Assembly: GCF_963921235.1 (NCBI RefSeq)
Contig: NC_086097.1
Coordinates: forward strand, 17,360,001 to 17,424,000
DNA: 64,000 nt
Reading direction: 5' to 3'
From: Mobula hypostoma
Lineage: Eukaryota
Shown here: one piece after another, positions 1-11,000 of the stretch
Numbering within the stretch: the stretch's first letter is position 1
Layout: each line of letters starts with the position of its first letter
Program-made: the position numbers and the translations under genes
Notes under the pieces: generated by a model
The model's database searches: none
The model's input: only the letters and a program-made list of their open reading frames with translations
Told to the model about the DNA's origin: nothing

Positions 1-545
1 GTATTATCCCTCTCAACCCCATTCTCCTGCCTTATGCCTGCAATCTCTGATGCCCTTACTAATCAAGAACCAATCAAGCTCTGCTTTAAATATACCCAGT
101 GACTTGGCTTCCAGAGCCCCTTGTGGTGATGAATTCCACAAATTCAGCATCTTCTGGCTGAAGAAATTCCTCCACAGCCCTGTTCTAAAGGAATGTCCTT
201 CTGTTCTGAGGCTGAGCCCTCTAATCCAAGCTCTCCCACTGTAGGAAACATCCTTTCCACATCCACTCGATCTAGGCCTTACAATATTCAATAGTTTCAA
301 TGAGATCCCCCCTCATTCTTCTAAACTCCAAAAAGTGCAGGCCTAGAAATGTCAAACGATCCTATTACCCTTTTGTTCCTGGGATCATTCTCATGAACCT
401 CCTCTGGATGCTCTCCTATACCAGCAAATACTGTCTTGTATGAGGGGTCCAGAATTGCTCACAATACTCCGTGCTGTCTGACCAATGCCTTATAAAGCCT
501 CAACATTACATCCTTGTTTTTATATTCGTCCTCTCAAAATGAAAG
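1..545 (-). mobile_element. CR1 LINE, 3' end of ORF2 (decayed)
   Basis: Minus ORF 13..300 reads GHSFRTGLWRNFFSQKMLNLWNS...LEAKSLGIFKAELD, the CR1 ORF2 C-terminus seen in many other copies here. Confidence 0.9.
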
Positions 546-547
546 CT

Positions 548-945
548 TTGTCATGGCAGTAGAAGAGACCATGGACTGACATGTCAGAATGGGAAAGATC
601 ATGGCTTCCTTTACTGCGTCAATAAGGCCACACTCATTTGGGAGGAGCAACACCTTATATTCCATTGAGATGGCCTCCAATCTGATGGCATGAACATCGA
701 TTTCTCAAACTTCTGGTAATGCTTCCTGCCCCCCCCCCCCTTTACAGTTCCCCATTCCTGTTTCCCTCTCTCACCTTATCTCCTTACCTGCCCATCACCA
801 CCCTCTGTTGCTTATTCTGACTTCTTCCCCCTTCCTTTTCAGTTCTGATGAAGAGTATCAGCCCGAAACGTCAACTGATTATTCCCATCCACAGATACTG
901 CCTGACCTGCTGGACTACTCCACTCCTCCAGCACACTATGTGTAT
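548..945 (+). mobile_element. Penelope-like element 3' fragment with short inverted piece (548-600) and degenerate hammerhead (840-877)
   Basis: Similar to 59750-60240 (ggagcaacaccttatattcc, gcatgaacatcgatttctc). Motif cagtt CTGATGA...GAAA cg TC aactg. Confidence 0.8.
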
Positions 946-1160
946 TCTACCTTCCACTTCTTAGCTCATTCTCCTAATCTAGATCCTTCTGCGGTCTTCC
1001 TGCTCGCTCAACACTACCTGCACCTATCTTCTTATCATCTGCAAGTGTAGCCACAACATCATCAATTTTGTCTTCCAAATCATTGACATATAACGTGAAA
1101 AGAAGTGGCCCCTATGCTGACCCCTTCGGAACACCACTAGTCACCAGCAATCAACCAGAA
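946..1160 (-). mobile_element. CR1 RT-region fragment
   Basis: ggaacaccactagtcacc is the reverse of the VTSGVPxG motif; similar to 48345-48560. Confidence 0.75.
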
Positions 1161-3180
1161 GTACATGTAGATCATTTCATGACAATAGTACTTCGAGAAA
1201 ACAATAACAGTCACAAAGAAAGTATACTACAGGCAGGCAATAACTTGCAAGATCATAACGAGGTAGATTGTGAAGTCAAGGGTCCATTATATAGCACAGC
1301 GGCCGCTCCGAAATGATATCGGTATTTGTAAGTAGGTACTGTGCACAATCCTGATTTGATGGAGACAGACGTGAGAAGCACAGAGGAACATCTGGAGAAA
1401 CTTCTGAAATGCCCGCTTCGCTGCCATTGTTACTGTGCAATCGAAAATCACCAGAGGGGAAGGCCCCAAATCCTCGGCTTTGCCTATTGCCTGTTACCGG
1501 GGCCGGGGTCGAAGCGCTTGGCAGAGACGGTGCTCGGTGCTCAGTGTCGGAGGGTTGGTCGGAGGCTCAAAGTTTTTGGACAGACTCAAGAGTCAGCTGT
1601 GGTTGGGTGCTTCCAGGATGCTGCATTGGCAGGTTTGCGGCGCTGGAAGCCCATGGCAGGGAGAGTTTCTCTTCCTTCTACCGTCTGCGTGAGATGATGG
1701 GACTTCCGAGAGAATTTGAGACTTTTTTTTACAGTGCCCATGGTCTGTTCTTTATCACATTACGGTATTGCACTGTTGTAACTATATGTTATAATTTTGT
1801 GGTTTTTGTCAGTTTTTTTAGTCTTGGTTTGTCTTGTCTTTCTGTGATATTCTGGAGGAACATTGTATTATTTATTAATGCATATATTTCTAAATGACAA
1901 TAAAAGAGGACTGCGTGTCCTCATAATCTAATCTAATTAGGGGACCATTCATTAGTCGTATCACACTGGGATAGAAGCTGTCCTTGGAGTCTGGTGGTAC
2001 ATGCCTTCAGGCTTCAGTATTTTCTGCCCGATGGGAGGAAGGGGAAGAGAGAATGTCTGGATAAGTGAGGTCTTTGATTACATTGGTTGCCTTATTGAGG
2101 AAGTGAGAATTGTAGACAGAGTCCATAAAGGGGCATTGGTTTCTGTGATATCCTGCTGAGCTGTGTTCACAACTCTCTGCAGTTTCTCAGAGGGTCCGTG
2201 AGTGTGCAACAAGCTGCCTGTGCAAGTGGTGCATGCCAGCTCGATTTCTATGTTTAAGAGAAGTTTGGATAGGTACATGGATGGTAGGGTAATCGAGGTG
2301 CAGTTTGATGGGAGTAGGAAGCTTTATGGACTAGGTGGGCCAAAGGACCTGTTTTATGCTGTACATTTCTATGACACTATGACTCTTGGAGTCATGGGCA
2401 GAGAAGTTGTCACACCAAGCCGTGATACATCCAGATATGATACATTCTACGGTACATCAATAAAAATTGGTAAGGATCAAAGTTCAAAGTAAATTCATCG
2501 AAGTATGTGTATATATAAAACACAGCCCTGAGATTTGTTTTCATGCAGACATACTCAGTACATCCAAGAACCATAATAGAATCAATGAAAAACTGCACTC
2601 AGCAGGGTGGACAAACAACTAATGTACAAAAGACAAACTGCAAATACAAAAGGGGAAAAATCATTTAAAAAAATGAAAATAACTGGGACATTCCAGATTT
2701 CCTTAGCGTCCTGAGCAAGTAGAAGTGTTGGTAGGCTTTCTTGGCCATGGCACCTACATGGCTGGGCCAAGGCAGACTATTGATGATGTTCACTGCTGGG
2801 GCCTTGAAGCTCTCAACCTCCGCACCATTGATGTCACTGGGGATATACACTAACCCCTTCTTCCTGAAGTCAATGATCAACATTTTTATTTTGCTGACTT
2901 TGAGGGCAAGGTTGTTGGCATGACACCATGTCAATAGGTGCTCTGCCTCCTTCTTGTACTCTGACTCATCATTATTTGAGATTCAGCCCTCTACAGTGGT
3001 GTCATCTGCAAACTTGTAGATGGAGTAAGGATAAAATCTGGCCACACCATTGTCAGCGAATAGGTGGTAGAGTAGGGGTCTTAAGACACAGCTATGTGGG
3101 ACACCAGCATTGAGTGGCAGATGTGTCACTGCCTATCTCTACTGATTGCATTCTGTTGCTCAGGAAGTTAAGGATCCAAT
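1161..3180 (-). mobile_element. Rex1/Babar-type LINE fragments, interrupted by insertions at about 1293-1938, 2200-2390 (CR1 3' end, +) and 2480-2660
   Basis: Minus peptides WCHANNLALKVSKIKMLIIDFRK and LQRVVNTAQ. Confidence 0.75.
1293..1938 (+). mobile_element. ORF-less non-autonomous retroposon, copy 1
   Basis: Colinear with 46512-47188 and 55044-55430. Ends aaatgacaataaaagaggactgcgtgtcctc(ataatct/aatct)n. Confidence 0.8.
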
Positions 3181-4110
3181 TTGAAGGCTGTATGGGAGAC
3201 CCCAAAGGATTTCAAGTTGGCCATAACTACCATGGTCATCCATGGAGGGTGTTCTCAGTATCATGTCTCTTTCCCATAAAAAGTTCAGCTGCCTTGCATT
3301 CCTTAAGTCTGAAAAATAAGCTGTACAAATAAATAACTAGATAGATAGATAAACAACCAACCAAGTAAATAAATAAACAAAATGATAGATAGATACATAG
3401 ACAGTCAAACAGATAGATGGATACAGTACTGTGCAGAAGTCTTAGGCACTGTGCCAAACAATACTTGTACATTAGAAAGTTACAATTTTATTACACAATT
3501 GAAATCTGATTGAAGAATGTCCCCAATCCTACTTATTTACCATGATAGGTTGCTCTTGCTTGCGTGTTATGTATTTTAAAATAGATATCAGATATTTTAT
3601 TTTTGCAGGACAGACTTGTCTGAGGTAGGTGAGAATAACATGCAGCTGTACTCTAATGTGGTAGGGTTAAAGAATCCCACCTTGTCAGAAATTTTGACAT
3701 CTAGGGTAGTGATTATTTTACAAATGTGACTTGAAATGGTCAGAATACTCTCTGCATAACTCATTAATTATGCAATAAGAGCAGCGAACTAGTTATATAT
3801 CCCATATGGGATGATAAAGTTCGAAATGTTTTAATTAATGCATTCATGGGGCATGGATATCACTGGCAACACCGATGTTTATTACCCTTGCCCTGTTGCT
3901 CCAAACCGAATGAACCAACCACAATGCACTCACACCTGGGCAAGAATCTGTACAGATAGCAGATTTCCTTCCCTGAAAGATGTTAATGAATCAGACATTC
4001 TTTCAGTGATAATCAAGTACTTTCATGCTTATTATTACTGATATTAGCCTTTGAATCCAAATTATTTAAATACTTCAGTTCCACATCTGCCTTGGTAGAT
4101 GTGCTACTAG

Positions 4111-4705
4111 GTATGTTTGATGTTGCAGTGTTTGCTGAGCTTGGCAATTAGTTTGCTGACGTTTTATCACCAGTCAAGATGGTGGTCAGTGGTCAGTTGT
4201 TGGTGTTTCTCTCTGGAACTGCTTGGTTTATATAGACCCCGCCGGCTTGCCTCAATTCTGATTGGCTACTCCTTCAGTTGACCTTTGAATTCTATATCCT
4301 CGTGTTTCTTTGGCTCTTAGGGGTTTGTAGGTGGCATCTATTTCGATATGTTTGTTGATGGAGTTATCATGCCTGGTTCATGTTTGCCTGCACCAAAACC
4401 CTCCGTGTCATCCCAGATAAAGTGGGGACCTATTTGGTCTTCATGTACGGAGCTCAGCGACAGTAGATCATGTCTCTGTACCACCAGTTTGTGGTCCCGT
4501 AAACAAGTTGAGAGCTTACATCCTGTCTGGCTGACTTGGTTCTTGTTGCAGTTTCCATAGGTGATCTTGTACAGTACATTACTTTTGTCAGTTGTCTTTA
4601 CTGGTACCTTGGTTCTTGAGACAAGCTTCTTTAAAGTTGTTGCTGGTTTGTCAGTGATCATGATGTCATGAGATTCGAACGGTTGAGTTGTCATTTCTGT
4701 CATAC
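4111..4705 (-). mobile_element. Penelope-like element (second family), decayed GIY-YIG endonuclease and 3' tail
   Basis: ORF 4338..4703: KSNVLYKITYGNCNKNQVSQTGCKLSTCLRDHK matches the V-Y-x-I-x-C-xx-C...G-Q-T...R...H GIY-YIG pattern in degraded form. Confidence 0.8.
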
Positions 4706-6002
4706 TACTATGTCTCCAAATGAATAACCCAAAAGTTTAATTAAGTTCATCACAATTTTATCCCATCACTGCATAGTATCATTGTTTGTGTTCTTTTAGA
4801 AAGGAAGACCTAAACATTTAGTAGAGTGAATTACATTAGTAGGGGCAACATTTCCGAAACAAAATTCAAAGAATGCAGATTTTAACTCTGCATGAACACT
4901 GCTTTCCATTAATAGATTCTGACCCCAATTGGCATCCAAACTGACATGTTTAGTTTCCGTTTGGCAGTCCAAAGCAAGGTGCAAGAGGAAAAAATTCCAA
5001 AGCACAACCAAGTGTCCAACCACAAGCAGAGGGCTAATTCCTGATTTTACAGTGAGGAGGATTTGTTTCTGGACCGAGGCTTACGTCCTGCCAAAAGTGG
5101 TTGGCAATGAACCTCAACAGCAGCAGGAATGGTACAGGACGAGAAATGCGTCTGATCTCATTCCAGAGGTGTAGCCTTGATGAAGGGTCTTGGTCTGAAA
5201 TGTCAACTGTTTATTCCTCTCTTGTTGAGTTCCTTCAGCATTTTGTGGGTGTTACTCTGGAGTTCCAACATCGGCAGAATCTCTTGTATTGATGATATGC
5301 AGCCCATCCTAAGGTGTAGGAAAACTTAATCACAGTCACAAATTTACCCAGACTAAACTTACCACTTATAGTTAAATGAAAATTCTTTTGACTCACTAAT
5401 ATATCCCAAATCCTAACCTGATTCCTGGTGGAGGTTCGTTCCCTGCTTTATTTAAGCAACTTCCTGATGTGCACAACGTATTCCTCCATTTCACCCGACA
5501 TACACACGAAGGCCACCCATATCAAAATTATCCCAAATTCCTCCTTTTTATCAATGCTTAAAGGCTTTGTGTAAGATTGCCATATGTCTGTCTTAGTTCA
5601 ATGTGTGATACATGATTCCTGCTTTTGTGGTCCATTACCAACCATCTGATGACAGGAAATAAGGCTATTCAATGAAAGATAGACAACTCTTACTGGCGGT
5701 ATCTGTGGTTTTTCTTTGAGACTCAAGTTATTCCACCTTGTTGGAACCGTTAGAGGTACCTTCATTCTCTATCCAGCCATAGGATCAAAGAGTTTGGTTA
5801 ATAAAAATGAAAGACAGTCACCTCTTGATTTTAGTTTTGGTATTAGTTTATTATTGTCACATATACCGAATTCAGTGAAAAGCTTGTTTTGCATATTGCT
5901 CATACAGATCAGATTATTACACAGTGCATTGAGCTAGAATAAGGTAAAACAATAACAATGCAGAATAAAGTGTAAAAACTCCCAAAAATGTGCCATGCAG
6001 GT

Positions 6003-6240
6003 TGTGGTAAACCATATATATATATATGTTGTAACTGGGTTAACTGTCTGGACACGGCCCTCTTCTGACTGCTCCTGTGGCTCCTCCCACAGACCCCTGA
6101 ATAAAGGTGATTTCGCCCTGCTCCTCCCCCTCACTCCAGGAGCAGACACTCAGCATGCTGGCAGTCATATTTTATTGCGACTAAAAGCCTTTTCAGTATT
6201 TACTCTACTTCAGTCTTTTGGAGTAATTGAAGGATCATCA
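6003..6240 (+). repeat. 5' LTR (238 bp)
   Basis: tgtggtaaacc...gaaggatcatca; aligns with 10244-10478. TATA-like gaataaag near 6099 and Inr-like tcactc at 6131. Confidence 0.95.
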
Positions 6241-6265
6241 ATTTTATTCGCAGTAATTTTAAAGC

Positions 6266-7241
6266 ATGGAACATGCTCTGAGACCCGACAAGTTGGACCT
6301 CGACCCGCAAACACCTGAAGCTGGAAACGCTTTCGAACTCTGGCTGGCCTGCTTCGAAGCGTACCTAGAGGAGATTAAAGCGACCGACCCCGTAGCGAAG
6401 CGCAGAGTTCTACTCTCCAGGGTCAATCCACGGGTCTACTCGATGATCAGAGACCAGCAGACCTACGACGGTGCGGTGAGCGCACTCAAAGCGCAATACC
6501 TGAGTCTGCTAAACACCGTCTATGCGCGCCACCGATTAGCAACTCGGCATCAGCGGCCTGGGGAATCGAGTGCCGAGTTTGTCCGGACACTACAGATGCT
6601 CGTGTGGGACAGCGATTGCCAGGGCCTGACGGCAGGACAGCATGCAGAGCTCCTAGTGAGAGACGCCTTTGTCACGGGGACCAGGTCAGTGTATGTGCGC
6701 CAACGGCTGTTGGAAAAAGCTGATCTTACCTTAAGTTCGGTGATCGAGCTGGCCGACACACTGGAGGCCGCTCTGCACAACTCTGAGGCTCTCCAGGCAT
6801 GTGATCCCCCGATGGCCTCGTGGGCGGAGTAGACCCCGCAACCCGCCGGCGAACCGACCTCAGCTGCTGCCAGTTGCCAGTCCGCGAAGTGCTACTTCTG
6901 CGGACTCGAGAAGCAACCCCTGGAAACACTGCCCAGCCCGAGAAGCTACCTGCTCTAGCTGCGGAAAGAAGGGCCACTTCGCCAAGGTCTGTAAGTCCAA
7001 ACCACGAGCGGGATCAAGAAGCGCTGCGTGCGAGACATGGGGGTCACCATCTTGCCTGCCGTCATCTGCCCTGCACGCCGCCACCATGTGCGAGTCATGG
7101 GGGTCGCCATCTTGCCTGCTGCCATCTTCCCTGCACACCGCTACCACGTGCGAGACATGGGGCGGCCATCTCGATCGGCGCCACCTCCCACCACCTACGA
7201 CCAACGGGTGCTCATGGGCACCCCACCGTGCCAGACCATGA
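6266..7241 (+). pseudogene. gag: Gypsy gag (premature TAG at 6830-6832, frameshift near 6920)
   Basis: Starts MEHALRPDKLDLDP. Contains RQRPGES-like and VRDAFVTG motifs and knuckles CYFCG...HC and CSSCGKKGHFAKVC. Confidence 0.9.
7029..7171 (+). repeat. 60-bp in-frame tandem repeat (about 2.4 copies) in gag C-terminus
   Basis: tgcgagWcatgggg starts at 7029, 7089 and 7149; encodes CETWGSPSCLPSSALHAATM / CESWGSPSCLLPSSLHTATT / CETWG. Confidence 0.9.
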
Positions 7242-7249
7242 CAGCGACT

Positions 7250-10174
7250 CAACCCTGGCCTCCGTGACCCTCGACCAAAGCGCTCCCCACCAGCTCGCCA
7301 GGTCATGATGGACATCCTGGTGGAGGGGTGCAGGACGAGCTGCCTCGTTTGACACAGGCAGCACAGAGAGTTTTATCCACCCGGACACGGTGCAGCATTG
7401 CAGACTCGTGATACGGCCAGTAAGTCAGAGCGTCACCATGGCTTCCGACTCGCATACAACTGACATCCGGGGGGGGGGGGTTGTGTAGCGATGCTAGTGG
7501 TGCAGGGCACAGAATATCGAGACTTTACATTACTGGTCATGCCTCAACTGTGTGCCCCCGTGCTATTGGGGCTCAACTTTCAGAGCCACCTGAAAAGCGT
7601 GACAATGAAGTATGATGCGCTCCTCCCACCAATTACTGTTGTAAATCCCCAGTTTTGTAGGGATACGTCACATACCTCGCTACTGACCACACACACACAC
7701 CGACCCGCACATCTCACCCAACACCATGCCAACTGCTGCACTACCGATGCCACTTGCGACCTCTCCACCCTCAGGATCCCTCCCCCAACACTGTTCACCA
7801 ACCTGACCCCTGACTGTAAACCTGTGGCAACTAAAAGCAGGAGGTACAGCGCGGGGGACAGAGCCTTCATTAAGTCGGAGGTGCAGCGGCTGCTCAGGGA
7901 GGGGGTCATTGAGGCAAGCACAAGTCCTTGGAGGGCACAGGTGGTCATTGTTCGGACCGGGGAGAAAAATAGGATGGTCATGGACTATAGCCAGACCATC
8001 GATAGGTTCACACAGCTTGACGTGTACCTTCTACCCTGCATCGCGAATATGATCAATCAGATAGCATAGTACCAGGTGTACTCGACCATAGACCTAAAAT
8101 CCACTTACCATCAACTTCCCATCCGCCGGGAGGATCACCCTTACACCACCTTCGAGGTGGACGGCAGGCTTTATCACTTCCTGCGCATCCCCTTCGGTGT
8201 CATGAATGGTGTATCTGTCTTCCAGAGGGCGATGGACTGGATGCTGAAGGCCACGTTCCCATATCTGGATAACATCATGACCTGCAGTTACAACCAGCAG
8301 GATCATGGCAACAACCTCCAAAAATTTCTCCAAGCAGCCAAAGCTCTCAATCTCACCTATAACCAGGACAAGTGTGTGTATGGAACCACCCGACTTGTTG
8401 TCCTTGGGTGTGTTGTGGAGAATGGAGTCATTGGCCCTGACCCCGACTGTATGCGTCCCCTGTTGGAACTCCCTCTTCCCAACACCCTCAGATCCCTCAA
8501 AAGGTGCCTGGGCTTCTTTTCATATTACGCCCAATGGGTCTCTAACTACGTAGACAAGGCCCACCCCCTGGTCAAGTCCACCACATTCCCCCTCTGAGCC
8601 GAGGCCCGCGCGGCCTTCAGCCACATAAAAGGGGACATTGCCAAAGCAGCAATGCATGCGGTGGATGAGGCCATTCCCTTCCAAGTAGAGAGTGACGCCT
8701 CCGACTTTGCACTGGCTGCTACCCTCAACCAGGCAGGAAGACCGGTGGTGTTCTTCTCCCGAACCCTTCAAGGCCCTGAAATTCGGCACTCCGCAGTGGA
8801 GAATGAGGCCCAGGCCATAGCGGAAGCTATTAGGCACTGGAGGCACTATCTTGCTGGCAAAAAGTTCACCCTGCTAACTGACCAGCGCTCAGTCGCATTC
8901 ATGTTTAGTAACCAACAGCGGGGCAAAAACAAAAATGATAAATTTCTGAGGTGGAGAATCGAACTCTCTACCTTCAACTATGACATCATGTACAGGCCTG
9001 GGAAGCTCAACGAGCCCTCCGATGCCCTATCCCAGGGAACATGCGCCAGCGGGCAGATCGACCGGCTATACGCCCTACATGTAGACCTTTGCCACCCGGG
9101 GGTCACTCGGCTTTTCCACTTTGTGAAAGCCCGGAACCTGCCTTACTCCCTTGAGGAGATCAGGATGATGACCAGGGACTGCCAAGTCTGCGCAGAGTGC
9201 AAACCGCACTTCTACCGACCCGAAAAGGCTCAACTCATCAAGGCCACCCGCCCCTTTGAGCGACTGAGTGTTGACTTTAAGGGCCCCCTTCCCTCCACTG
9301 ACCGCAGTGTGTACTTTCTTAACGTAATCAACGAGTACTCGCGGTCCCCCTTCGCCATCCCCTGCCCCGACACCACTAACATGTCAGTTATAAAAGCCTT
9401 GCGCAAGCTCTTCACTCTTTTCGGATACCCGTGCTATATCCACAGTGACAGAGTGACGAGCTGCACCAGTACCTGCTGGCTAGGGGAATTGCAGCTAGTA
9501 GGACCACGAGCTATAATCCCCGGGGGAATGGACGGGTGGAGAAGGAGAATGGCACGGTGTGAAAGGCCACACTCTTAGCCCTCCGGTCAAAGGGACTGCC
9601 AGTCTCCTGCTGGCAGGTGGTCCTTCCCGAGGCACTCCACTCCATCCGCTCCCTGTTATGCACGGCCACCAATGCCACCCCTCATGAGCGACTTTTTTCT
9701 TTTCCCAGAAAGTCGACCACTGGGACCACCCTACCAACTTGGCTGACATCCCCGGGGCCAGTGCTGCTCTGGAAACATGCGAGGAGCAATAAATACTCCC
9801 CGATGGTCGAGAGGGTTCACTTACTTCATGCGAACCCCCAGCATGCCTATGTGGTTTTACCTGATGGGCGGGAGGACACGGTCTCCATCCGTGACCTGGC
9901 GCCCACAGGAGCACCAGGCTCCTACCCTGAACACTCCATGGTGACTATTAACCCCGTATCCACCGATATATATACCCACCAGACACCGTGCACTCCAAGC
10001 CCTACACAGACACCACACGACACTCCCATACCGGGCGCGACGCACACGCACGAGGGATTAACAACGCCTAACGTGCCGGCACCTCAAGTCAGGCCGGAGC
10101 CAGCACAAACACCGTCACCGGTGCTACGTAGATCACAGCGACGGACTCGACCGCCTGATAAATTTGACCTGTAA
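7250..10174 (+). pseudogene. pol: Gypsy pol (PR-RT-RNase H-IN) with several stops and frameshifts
   Basis: PR FDTGSTESFI (about 7350). RT SPWRAQVV, STIDLKSTYHQ, IPFG, YLDN. RH VESDASDFA, FTLLTDQRS. IN H..CHPG..CQVC, SVDFKGP, IHSDR, C-terminal RRSQRRTRPPDKFDL. Stops at 8067-8069 and 8595-8597. Confidence 0.93.
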
Positions 10175-10224
10175 ATATACTTGTTTTAAATATTGTCAGT
10201 CACTTCACCCCACAGGACTCTTTT

Positions 10225-10243
10225 AAAAAAAAGGAGGGGTGAA
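10225..10243 (+). promoter_or_regulatory. Polypurine tract of the Gypsy element
   Basis: aaaaaaaaggaggggtgaa immediately before the 3' LTR. Confidence 0.85.
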
Positions 10244-10478
10244 TGTGGTAAACCATATATATGTTGTAACTGGGTTAACTGTCTGGACACGCCCCGCTGC
10301 TGACTGCCCCTGTGGCTCCTCCCACAGACCCCTGAATAAAGGCGATTAGGCCTTGGCGGCTCCTCCTCCTTAGTCCAGGGGCAGACACTCAGCATGCTGG
10401 AAGTCATATTTTACTGCGAATAAAAACCTTTCAGTATTTACCCTACTTCAGTCTTTTGGAGTAATTGAAGGAGCATCA
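10244..10478 (+). repeat. 3' LTR (235 bp)
   Basis: tgtggtaaacc...gaaggagcatca, AATAAA at 10419-10424, followed by the TSD. Confidence 0.95.
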
Positions 10479-10639
10479 CAGGTAAACAGTAAAATGTACA
10501 ATCATAAAAAAGTAGATTGTGAGGCCTAGTCCAATATTGTACATCATTTCTTTAGCGCATATTATCACAATGTTGTATTCATATAGCACATTCTCTGTTT
10601 AAAAGGTTCGAAGTAAATTTATTTTCCGAGTCATTATAT

Positions 10640-11000
10640 GCAATGTTGAAATTTCTTGTGGTAAGACATCCCAAATGTTTCACAGAAATATTATCAAACA
10701 AAATTTGATATTAAGTCATATAAGATTGGATGGCCAAAACTTTTCTTATTGGTAGATTTAAAGGAAAGCGGGACAGCAGGAGAGAGCTTCAGGGAGACTA
10801 ATTGTAGGGCCAGGTATCTGAAGGCATGGCAGCCAGTAGTAGAATAACTATACTTGGGCATCAATAGATCAGCATTGAAAGAGTGCTGATCCCTAGGACT
10901 GTAGCAGGAATGGAGCAAATAAGGAATTGATGAGGGATGAAGGGAAGGAAAAAAATCAAGGAATAAAATTTTAAAAGAATAAAGCTTATTATAAAATCAG
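10640..11000 (-). mobile_element. Old L2-type LINE 3' end
   Basis: Minus peptide STTGCHAFRYLALQL resembles the L2 C-terminal G.RAFS..AP.LWN motif; highly diverged. Confidence 0.5.

Larger units (their letters stand above)
6003..10478 (+). mobile_element. Complete but inactivated Ty3/Gypsy LTR retrotransposon (Mag-like gag/IN), 5-bp TSD CAGGT
   Basis: Two similar TG...CA LTRs; caggt at 5998-6002 and 10479-10483; domain order gag-PR-RT-RH-IN. It sits inside a Rex1-type 3' UTR (about 5845-6002 and 10484-10525). Confidence 0.96.

Noticed and set aside
1341..1897. Overlapping ORFs of 85-162 aa as a novel protein
   Set aside because: They fall within a repeated non-coding element, and the frames are not preserved in the copy at 46512-47188.
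6820..6840. TAG after the gag ORF as programmed readthrough
   Set aside because: It lies before the zinc knuckles and the element has many other stops and frameshifts, so it is most likely decay.
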